From Sedimentisphaera cyanobacteriorum (GTDB lineage: Bacteria > Planctomycetota > Phycisphaerae > Sedimentisphaerales > Sedimentisphaeraceae): 32,000 nucleotides of DNA. Both the position numbers and the translations under genes were made by a program. The DNA lies in NCBI RefSeq assembly GCF_001997385.1, contig NZ_CP019633.1, positions 150,001 to 182,000 on the forward strand, in the 5' to 3' direction. Of the stretch, positions 19,357-26,256 are shown piece by piece. Position 1 is the stretch's first letter. The number at the start of each line of letters is the position of its first letter. The notes beneath the pieces were generated by a model. That model had not been told where the DNA came from. It did not search any database and saw only the letters and a list, made by a program, of their open reading frames with translations.

Positions 19357-19686
19357 CTAAAAAAGTTCCAGCTGTTTTGGGGCAGGGGGTTTTTGACGGC
19401 TCAATTTGCCCCAAAAAACCTTCATTTTTTCGTATTGCTTGTCGGTTACTACAAGAACCCTTACCTCTCCATCAGGCGGAAGGAAATTTTCTACTCTTCT
19501 GGTGTGTACTTCTGCATTTTCTTTGCTGGGGCAGAATCTTTCATAAACAGAATACTGAACCATTGTGAAGCCGTCTTTGATAAGATTTTTCCGAAAGATA
19601 GAATAACTTTTCCTTGCCATTTTTGTATCAGTGGGCAGATCGAACATAACATAAATCCACATCATTCTGTACTCGCTTAAATTCAT
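19357..19686 (-). CDS. cas2: CRISPR-associated endoribonuclease Cas2
   Basis: 109 aa with the type II Cas2 pattern MWIYVMFDLPTDTK..RK.Y..FRK.L.KDGF.MVQYSVYERF. It starts 10 nt downstream of the cas1 stop. Confidence 0.9.
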   Translation of the reverse strand: MNLSEYRMMWIYVMFDLPTDTKMARKSYSIFRKNLIKDGFTMVQYSVYERFCPSKENAEVHTRRVENFLPPDGEVRVLVVTDKQYEKMKVFWGKLSRQKPPAPKQLELF

Positions 19687-19696
19687 AATCTTTTCC

Positions 19697-20596
19697 TTAA
19701 AGCTCTGGAAGGCTCAGTTTCTTTGCTGACCTATCGAAACATTTAGTTAAAGATGCTGCTGTTTTATGAAGACCTGTCATAAGAGGCCCGGAAACCCCTT
19801 CCATTTCGATGGATGAATGCAGCGTTTCCAGCAGGCGGGCTTTATGTAATTGAGATAAATCCTGCAGCTCAGCGGGATTAGGATTTTCATGCCATATATT
19901 CAGAACTTTTTCCTCTATATAGCCTCGGAAAGGCTCCATTATATCATCTGCAAGGCAGAAAGAGTTGTATCTGCTGCAGTGATGTATCCCAAGAGTAGGC
20001 AAAAGGCCCGCACAGCATATAGCTCTCGCTGTAGCAGCCCGAAGAACCATATAGCCGTAATTAAGCAGATTATTTGGCGGTTCGCCACCTCTTTGCCTCT
20101 TGAATTTTCTTCCGCCCAAAAAATATTTCCAGAAAAGCCTGCTTGCCCTTGCTTCAATATTTTCAGGATCACCTGATTTAACTTTAGAGGCAAGCTCAGC
20201 AATCCCTATTCCGACTTCAGGATTATAATTTGATATTATTTTTCCCTGATGAGTTATTTTCGCTTTTATAAGCTGTTTCCAGAGGCGTTTTTTCAATGGC
20301 TGGGAGGCTTGGGTTTGCTGCTTCTGCCTTTCTGTTTGAACAGAATTTGAATCTATGGGAAGCAGCATACCTGCGGGGTTATGTTCTCCATTGCAAAGAA
20401 CAACTGCTGCCCGGCAGTTAAGCAGCTCTGTAAAAACGCTGTGAGTATATAAAACGGCCGAATTGTCTATCAGGAGAATTCCTATATCTTCACATGGGAT
20501 CGATCGTTCAATACCATTTTGGCTTGCGATTACCAATTGGCCATAACGAATGTTCAGTTTGCAGGAATTTTCTGATATTTCAATAATTCGTTTCAT
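19697..20596 (-). CDS. cas1: CRISPR-associated endonuclease Cas1 (type II)
   Basis: 299 aa. The N-terminus MKRIIEISENSCKLNIRYGQLVI and the segments NNLLNYGYMVLRAATARAI...GIHH...FCLADDIMEPFR are typical of type II Cas1. It is adjacent to cas2 and the array. Confidence 0.9.
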   Translation of the reverse strand: MKRIIEISENSCKLNIRYGQLVIASQNGIERSIPCEDIGILLIDNSAVLYTHSVFTELLNCRAAVVLCNGEHNPAGMLLPIDSNSVQTERQKQQTQASQPLKKRLWKQLIKAKITHQGKIISNYNPEVGIGIAELASKVKSGDPENIEARASRLFWKYFLGGRKFKRQRGGEPPNNLLNYGYMVLRAATARAICCAGLLPTLGIHHCSRYNSFCLADDIMEPFRGYIEEKVLNIWHENPNPAELQDLSQLHKARLLETLHSSIEMEGVSGPLMTGLHKTAASLTKCFDRSAKKLSLPEL

Positions 20597-20602
20597 TATC
20601 TA

Positions 20603-20618
20603 CCCCCCCCCCCCCCCC
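20603..20618. repeat. Homopolymer C16 (G16 on the cas-coding strand)
   Basis: Counted directly: 16 consecutive C from 20603 to 20618. It lies 6 nt upstream of the cas1 ATG (minus strand reads G16-TAGATA-ATG) and 4 nt (TAAA) before repeat 1. Confidence 0.95.
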
Positions 20619-20622
20619 TAAA

Positions 20623-21844
20623 GTTGTAACTTGCTTTCATTTTCATATCGCTTACAATTAAAGAGAATGCAGTTAAAGCCATGGAGCGTTGTAACTTGCT
20701 TTCATTTTCATATCGCTTACAATGAGGCAGACACGCAGAATATAACAAGGTTAGTTGTAACTTGCTTTCATTTTCATATCGCTTACAATTTAATCGAAAA
20801 TCGAAATTTGTCAACCCTTGTTGTAACTTGCTTTCATTTTCATATCGCTTACAATATAGAGGGTGTGCTTGACGCTAAGGGCTACGTTGTAACTTGCTTT
20901 CATTTTCATATCGCTTACAATATATATTTGAATCGTCCGAATACAGCGTTGTGTTGTAACTTGCTTTCATTTTCATATCGCTTACAATCAATGGATATGC
21001 ACGTGATGGCGATTTTATGTTGTAACTTGCTTTCATTTTCATATCGCTTACAATTCTCTGAATTGTAGTGCTGCGAAAATGAACGTTGTAACTTGCTTTC
21101 ATTTTCATATCGCTTACAATGTGCGGACGAATATCCTACAATTGCGTCAAGTTGTAACTTGCTTTCATTTTCATATCGCTTACAATTCCAAAAACTATCT
21201 GTAAGATAACCCTTGCGTTGTAACTTGCTTTCATTTTCATATCGCTTACAATGCTTCGGCACAAAAGAAGAAGCTGAAAAATGTTGTAACTTGCTTTCAT
21301 TTTCATATCGCTTACAATAGCGCAGCTCTTGAACAGTTAACCTTATTTGTTGTAACTTGCTTTCATTTTCATATCGCTTACAATCTACTTGGTATATAAG
21401 CGGGTCAGCCGAAGTTGTAACTTGCTTTCATTTTCATATCGCTTACAATCTGTATCGTCAAACCAATATACGCTTGTCGTTGTAACTTGCTTTCATTTTC
21501 ATATCGCTTACAATCTGCGAAGCGAAGCTGAAGCACACGGTGTCGTTGTAACTTGCTTTCATTTTCATATCGCTTACAATGCGCCCATTTCGATTCCCTT
21601 TGCGAGTCTGGTTGTAACTTGCTTTCATTTTCATATCGCTTACAATGCGCCCATTTCGATTCCCTTTGCGAGTCTGGTTGTAACTTGCTTTCATTTTCAT
21701 ATCGCTTACAATGCCGAATCGGAAATTAAAAACGGAGGAAACGTTGTAACTTGCTTTCATTTTCATATCGCTTACAATGGCGTGCAGTTTAGAGGCATGC
21801 GTTACGGAGTTGTAACTTGCTTTCATTTTCATATCGCTTACAAT
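20623..21844 (+). CRISPR. CRISPR array: 19 identical 36-nt repeats (GTTGTAACTTGCTTTCATTTTCATATCGCTTACAAT) and 18 spacers of 29-31 nt
   Basis: I located every repeat by hand. Starts are 20623, 20688, 20754, 20820, 20886, 20953, 21019, 21085, 21151, 21217, 21283, 21349, 21414, 21479, 21545, 21611, 21677, 21743 and 21809, with no degenerate copy. Plus-strand crRNA orientation is inferred from tracrRNA complementarity and from similarity to the Neisseria type II-C repeat. Confidence 0.98.
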
Positions 21845-21847
21845 TCG

Positions 21848-21886
21848 CCGCTTGTAAGCTCCTGATATGAAGGAGTTTACAAGCGG
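21848..21886. other. 15-bp stem-loop at the junction between the array and the cas9 3' end
   Basis: CCGCTTGTAAGCTCC (21848-21862), loop TGATATGAA, GGAGTTTACAAGCGG (21872-21886), with 14 Watson-Crick pairs plus 1 G-T. It is flanked by an A7/T7 run at 21894-21900. It is not a canonical terminator in either direction. Confidence 0.5.
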
Positions 21887-21926
21887 AAATGATTTAAAAA
21901 AACACTCAGAGAAACGCTTCTTAGCA

Positions 21927-24900
21927 TTATTTCCATTCTTTTTCATATGAGTTACCTTCTCTCTCTGGTTTTTTTACGGAATAATATTTTCCCATCATAT
22001 CAACTTCAAATTTTTCTAATTTTGCATTTTTGTAAGAGAATTCTTTAGTGAAACTCTTTCCCTCCTCGTCAAATGAAGATCCATCATATTTTTTTAGCGA
22101 TATCACAGGCCTCCCCCCCCTTATATAATCTATGTAATACATTTGATCTTGGAATTTAACGAGGTCATCTTTAAATAAGGAAAATTTGAATTCAAACTCA
22201 TTTGTTAGTTCCGGCCAGTCTTCATACGGCGTATCTCCTTTTGAAAGATATTTCGAAGGAAGAGGGCTTTTTGCTGCAAAATCAGATGCGTAAAGCGGAA
22301 CAGCATAGTTTTTCCCGTCAGGTCCTTTGTAAAAATCTGCTCTGACGATATGTCCCATTCCGCAAAATCCCTTGTTGAACGGCTGAACCCTTCCCTTGAT
22401 ATTTGCTTTTCTCCAGCTTTTAGGGTTTTGAGAATGGGCTTCTCCGGTAACTTTCCTCCTCGGCATTCTAGAAACAAAGATATCGTCTAACTTCTTGAGC
22501 ACATCTTCTCTGAAACTCTCCCACGGCTCAAAATTGCAGTTTTTAAGCCTGCCGTTTATTGCCTTTCCCTTATTTTCCAAATCTTTGGCTATCATAGAAG
22601 CAAGGTAAACATGCCCCTGTGTTGAACAGGCAACTACAATTGCATCCAGAGCGTGGTGAAGATCGTTTTCTTCTCTGTGTTTCTTAAGCCCCCAGTGATA
22701 CCGCAGAAACGAAGTTACCCTTCCTGATCTGAGCTGAACTCTGCTCTTTTCGTTTATGTCTTCTCTTTGTGATTTTGAAAAATCGAGATGTTTTTTGAGA
22801 AAACCCGCAATCTCTTTGGCTGCGTATCTGGTATCATTAAGATTTCTTGAAATGAAGCGGTCTTTATCTTCCTCGTCAAATTTCTTTGTAAGAAGCTTTC
22901 GTTTTTTGGCAGAAGGCATTGTTCCCATATGCCCCACTCTAACTACAAACTCTTCCCATTTCTTTGGATCCTTGCTTAGATATTCAAAGGGGAGCATGTT
23001 TTTCTTTTCCTGATTGGCCTTTTTTGTGCAGAGAACCTTATTGTTGAGGCTGTCGTCGAATGACCTGCTTATCGGGATAATGTGGTCAATTTCGCAGTCC
23101 AGCAGACTGCCTGAAATATCTTCGCCGCTGTATGGGCAGGCGTGGATATATTGGCCCGTATAAGGGCAGCGGTATTTCTGCTGCATTGCGAGCCTGAATC
23201 TCAGCAGATTCTGGCCTTCTTCCGGATTGAGCCCGAATTCCCTGCAAAGCTCTTTGGCCTGCTCTTTCTGATCTCTGTAGCGTGTTTGTTTCTTGTAAAT
23301 GTCGTTGAGCTTTTTCTGGCTTGAAGCGAGTTCAGTTGCTATTTCTATGTTGATTTGGTCTATTGGGTATTCGCTGGAGTATTTTCTGATTACAGCATTT
23401 ATCAGCTTTCTTGTTTGGCTGAAGGTTCTCATTACAACAGGATTATTTTCAAAATCCCCATGGTAGGGTTGGAGTATGGATTGTTTTTCATGTTCCTTAT
23501 CTTTGAAGCGGGGATCGTTTTCAGCAGCAGCTATTCTGGCATCTTCAAAATATTTACCCTCTTCCATATGCGGAAGCAGCTTTTGAAAAGCCTCTTTTGA
23601 AAAATTGGCAACTTCCTTCATATTGATAAAAAGAGCAGCCTTTGCAATCTCTTCATCAATACCTTTTTCTTTAAAATAGTTTCCTCTTGTTTCATCTGTT
23701 TTATGGTAAACAAGGGCCTCAGAAATTGCCTCTATTGTTTCAGGGCTATCAGCTATCTCACTCCATTTATCATTGCCGAGGGTATTTGTGATGCAGTCTT
23801 TTATCTTGTGGTATCCCTTTAATTCAACGAAATCCTGCTTTGATTCAAATTGTTTGAGATACTCAAGTTTGCTTTTGAATTCTTCCTCTCCCTTAGGGTA
23901 TTTGTTCAGTATCTGGACAAACCTGTATTTTGAAGGAATCTCGAGCTTGGCTCTTAGAATATAATAATAAAAGTCGATTTTTTGAACCTTCGAACTGCCG
24001 TACTTTTCTGCTCTCCTTGCATACACCTTCCTTATAAGCTCTTTATATTCTTGCGAATAATCTTCCACGTGCTCTAATGTTCCGGTCTCTCGGTCTAATG
24101 ATTGAATTGCTGCCGCTTTTATTTGATGTTTATCTTCAAACAAAGGTTCTTTTTCATTAACCTTGCAGGACAGTTTCTGATTATATTCAGGATTTTCCAT
24201 TTGGTAAGAGCAAAGGTTGAATCTAATATTTTCGTTAATATCAAGGAAATTTCGGATTTGGGAAAATTTCAGTTTTTTGTTTTTATAGGCAAGCTTCTTG
24301 ATGCTTTCCCTTTGCTCATCAGTTGGAGGTTTTCCGCCTATCAGAAGACTGTTCAGCCTGTTCAGCAAAACGTAGCGTTCATTGAGATAGCCTTCGCGGG
24401 GAGCGCATATTTCGCCGGTGAATTTGCACCGGTTCATCATCTTGAGGAGTTTATCTTCCTGTATTCCAGCTTCATAAAGCAGCACTTCATCAAGATATCT
24501 CCTAAGCAGTTCATCACTCGCTGATTCGTTGCCAAGTGCTTTCTGTTTTTTAAAAATAATTATAGTTTCATCTTTAAGTAAATTTCGGTGAATGGATTTA
24601 GTGTAATCATTTTCAGAATTGCGAAGCCTGACATTTTCACCTTCTAAAAAATTAACAGCGAACATTTCGCCAATTGTTTGGCATCTGCTCTCTTTGAGCT
24701 GCTCTCTGATATTCTGCAGACCTTTCTTAACCTTTCCTTCTTCGGAAGATCCGGATGGTTTTTCTGATTCTTCTGCTTTTGTGAGAAATGAAACGCCTCT
24801 ATGTCGTGCTATGTGATACAAAGCCCGGAAAAACTCTTCGTTTGTAAGTTTTCTTGAAAGTGCTTCTTTTCTAATATTCCATGGGCTCCATTTGTTTTTG

Positions 24901-25262
24901 TCGGTGCTGGCAGGGGGGATCATTTTCCTGCAGGCCTGTTTGAATCTTATGTTTGGCTCTATAAGCCCAAATTCCTTGGCAAGAGAAACAAATCTTTTCA
25001 TCCTTTTCGTTTTGCGTCTTCCTGTTAATCTTGCCCTTCGTTTTTCGCCTCTTATTTTTGCAAGGCTTTTTTGTTCATTGTGGGGCGGCTGAAAAGTCCT
25101 TACGCCTGAATCTATTATTTCTCCTCCCGATATCTTTAGTTTTTTCTTGTGTTCGCCTTCGTATGTTTGGTAATCATATTCTTCTTCTTCAAGATTAACC
25201 AAAGCCCAGCCTACTGAACCAATTCCTATATCCAGTCCTAAAACAACTCTGTTTTTTGCCAT
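21927..25262 (-). CDS. cas9: Cas9 endonuclease, type II-C, 1111 aa
   Basis: RuvC-I VLGLDIGIGSVGWALV (D11). Arg-rich bridge helix GEKRRARLTGRRKTKRMKRF. RuvC-II IDQINIEIATELA. HNH LDCEIDHIIPISRSFDDSLNNKVLCTKKANQEKKN (His codon at 23082-23084, residue 727). RuvC-III NDLHHALDAIVVAC. It sits next to the array, cas1, cas2 and the tracrRNA. Confidence 0.97.
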   Translation of the reverse strand: MAKNRVVLGLDIGIGSVGWALVNLEEEEYDYQTYEGEHKKKLKISGGEIIDSGVRTFQPPHNEQKSLAKIRGEKRRARLTGRRKTKRMKRFVSLAKEFGLIEPNIRFKQACRKMIPPASTDKNKWSPWNIRKEALSRKLTNEEFFRALYHIARHRGVSFLTKAEESEKPSGSSEEGKVKKGLQNIREQLKESRCQTIGEMFAVNFLEGENVRLRNSENDYTKSIHRNLLKDETIIIFKKQKALGNESASDELLRRYLDEVLLYEAGIQEDKLLKMMNRCKFTGEICAPREGYLNERYVLLNRLNSLLIGGKPPTDEQRESIKKLAYKNKKLKFSQIRNFLDINENIRFNLCSYQMENPEYNQKLSCKVNEKEPLFEDKHQIKAAAIQSLDRETGTLEHVEDYSQEYKELIRKVYARRAEKYGSSKVQKIDFYYYILRAKLEIPSKYRFVQILNKYPKGEEEFKSKLEYLKQFESKQDFVELKGYHKIKDCITNTLGNDKWSEIADSPETIEAISEALVYHKTDETRGNYFKEKGIDEEIAKAALFINMKEVANFSKEAFQKLLPHMEEGKYFEDARIAAAENDPRFKDKEHEKQSILQPYHGDFENNPVVMRTFSQTRKLINAVIRKYSSEYPIDQINIEIATELASSQKKLNDIYKKQTRYRDQKEQAKELCREFGLNPEEGQNLLRFRLAMQQKYRCPYTGQYIHACPYSGEDISGSLLDCEIDHIIPISRSFDDSLNNKVLCTKKANQEKKNMLPFEYLSKDPKKWEEFVVRVGHMGTMPSAKKRKLLTKKFDEEDKDRFISRNLNDTRYAAKEIAGFLKKHLDFSKSQREDINEKSRVQLRSGRVTSFLRYHWGLKKHREENDLHHALDAIVVACSTQGHVYLASMIAKDLENKGKAINGRLKNCNFEPWESFREDVLKKLDDIFVSRMPRRKVTGEAHSQNPKSWRKANIKGRVQPFNKGFCGMGHIVRADFYKGPDGKNYAVPLYASDFAAKSPLPSKYLSKGDTPYEDWPELTNEFEFKFSLFKDDLVKFQDQMYYIDYIRGGRPVISLKKYDGSSFDEEGKSFTKEFSYKNAKLEKFEVDMMGKYYSVKKPEREGNSYEKEWK

Positions 25263-25289
25263 TTGTAAAACCTTTTTCCTTGAAATTAT

Positions 25290-25430
25290 TTTTTAAACGC
25301 TATAATAATATTCGAAAGCAAGTTACAATAAGCCTTTGCTTAGCAAAGGTTGCGGGGTTAGCCATATTCGGTATCCCCTCATTTATTGTTTTCTAAGGGT
25401 AAGAGCATTCCTCTTGCCCTTTCTAGATTT
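25290..25430 (+). ncRNA. tracrRNA (both ends uncertain)
   Basis: 25314-25329 GAAAGCAAGTTACAAT is the reverse complement of repeat nt 1-16 (15/16 matches). It is followed by the nexus-like AAGCC and hairpin CCTTTGC-TTA-GCAAAGG (25333-25349), then a GGGG...CCCC stem (25354-25378) with a T-rich tail, then a 10-bp hairpin (25396-25420). The motif GCAAGTTACAATAAGCC resembles the Spy and Nme tracrRNAs. A possible promoter is TTGAAA (25280-25285) with TATAAT (25301-25306). Confidence 0.8.
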
Positions 25431-25553
25431 AAACCTGCCAATCCCAACATTCCTTTTATAAAATACAAAAAGATTTTAAATTTAATTTTAGCATTTTAAA
25501 AGTTAGAATCAAGTAATAATGATATAATATAATCAAATATTTTCCCGCCGCAT

Positions 25554-25579
25554 AAAAAAAAGCCCCGATTTCTCGGGGC
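25554..25579 (-). terminator. Rho-independent terminator of hsp20
   Basis: The minus strand reads GCCCCGA-GAAA-TCGGGGC followed by T8, starting 15 nt after the hsp20 stop codon. Confidence 0.8.
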
Positions 25580-25593
25580 TTTGGGTTGTTTAA

Positions 25594-26058
25594 TTATTTG
25601 ATCTCGATTTTCTTCCTGCCGGCTCCTTCTTCGGTTTTCGGAACAGTAATCTTTAGCAGTCCGTCGCTGAAGCTCGCATCGATTTTGTTCTCATCAACGT
25701 TGTGAGCAAACGGAACCACTCTCCTGAACGAACCGAACGTCCGTTCTACGTGGTAATAGTTTGAATCTTTCTCTTCGTTTGTGTCCTTCTTTTCGCCTTC
25801 GAGGATCAGCGTATTGTCGTTCAGCGTAACATTAATATCATCCTTGTTCATGCCCGCCAGCTCAGCGGTAACCAAGTAGTTCTTCTCGTCCTCGGAAACA
25901 TCCACGCTCGGGACAAATTTGCTCATCAATCCTTCCGCAGGCCCGAAAGCGGGGAAGCCGCTGAACATATCATCGAACATCCTGTCGATCTTATCTGCCA
26001 TACTCATAGGTGCGTTTGGAGTCTGATTATTGTTCCTTCTTGAAAGTACGTTCCTCAT
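25594..26058 (-). CDS. Small heat-shock protein, Hsp20/alpha-crystallin family
   Basis: Alpha-crystallin domain pattern: PSVDVSEDEKNYLVTAELAGMNKDDINVTL..NTLILEGEKK...ERTFGSFRRVVPF...VDENKIDASFSDGLLKITVPK. GGAGAA RBS. Confidence 0.9.
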   Translation of the reverse strand: MRNVLSRRNNNQTPNAPMSMADKIDRMFDDMFSGFPAFGPAEGLMSKFVPSVDVSEDEKNYLVTAELAGMNKDDINVTLNDNTLILEGEKKDTNEEKDSNYYHVERTFGSFRRVVPFAHNVDENKIDASFSDGLLKITVPKTEEGAGRKKIEIK

Positions 26059-26144
26059 GGTAATTCTCCTTTCGATTTACCTCGTTAACATTTTCATTTT
26101 TCCTAACACCTTAAAGCCGGCCGGCTTCATTTCGCTTTTATATA

Positions 26145-26160
26145 TGCAAGCGCCGTGCCA
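26145..26160 (-). promoter_or_regulatory. Sigma54 (-24/-12) promoter upstream of hsp20
   Basis: The minus strand reads TGGCACGGCGCTTGCA, a perfect match to TGGCAC-N5-TTGCA. It lies 86 nt upstream of the hsp20 ATG, with the predicted TSS near 26134. Confidence 0.65.
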
Positions 26161-26224
26161 AACTCAGCCCCTCGCAGAGAGCCCGGCAGAGCCGTTTCCA
26201 CACGCTTAATTCGGGGCAGCAGGT

Positions 26225-26256
26225 GCCAATTTGACAGAATAAGGGCAAATTTGACA
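26225..26256. promoter_or_regulatory. Two direct repeats GC(C/A)AATTTGACA spaced 20 bp apart, a candidate enhancer-binding-protein site
   Basis: GCCAATTTGACA (26225-26236) and GCAAATTTGACA (26245-26256) match at 11/12 positions. They lie about 90-120 nt upstream of the predicted sigma54 TSS. Confidence 0.3.

Noticed and set aside
20790-20819. Spacer 3 (TTAATCGAAAATCGAAATTTGTCAACCCTT) resembles the AAATTTGACAACC repeat at 26247-26259, which raised the possibility of self-targeting.
   Set aside because: The match is only about 12 nt and is interrupted (GTC versus GAC), so it is not a protospacer. I found no full-length in-window match for any spacer by eye, and a genome-wide search is still needed.
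20623-21844. Alternative array orientation, with crRNA and tracrRNA both read from the minus strand, co-directional with the cas genes.
   Set aside because: On the minus strand the tracr hairpins would lie 5' of the anti-repeat and the RNA would run straight into the cas9 start. Only the plus orientation gives the canonical anti-repeat/nexus/3'-hairpin order and the GTTGTA...ACAAT repeat polarity seen in related II-C systems.
20596-21946. Six ORF-track entries inside the CRISPR array: 20596-20814(-), 20631-21068(+), 20875-21108(-), 20915-21262(-), 21389-21865(+) and 21458-21946(-). They carry repeating peptides such as VVTCFHFHIAYN and CKRYENESKLQ.
   Set aside because: The periodic peptide repeats are simply the 36-nt CRISPR repeat read in different frames. 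There is no independent coding evidence.
22113-22120. C8 run (G8 on the coding strand, codons for I-R-G-G-R-P near residue 1048) inside cas9, considered as a second phase-variation tract.
   Set aside because: My rough estimate is that about one 8-mer G/C homopolymer is expected per 32 kb on two strands at this composition. It is therefore not significant by itself, though worth a glance in read pileups alongside the G16 tract.
26059-26134. Possible RNA thermometer (ROSE or fourU type) in the hsp20 5' UTR.
   Set aside because: I found no U-rich or CUCCU-like segment able to pair with the AAAGGAGAA Shine-Dalgarno. Only the short GC palindrome near the 5' end is present.
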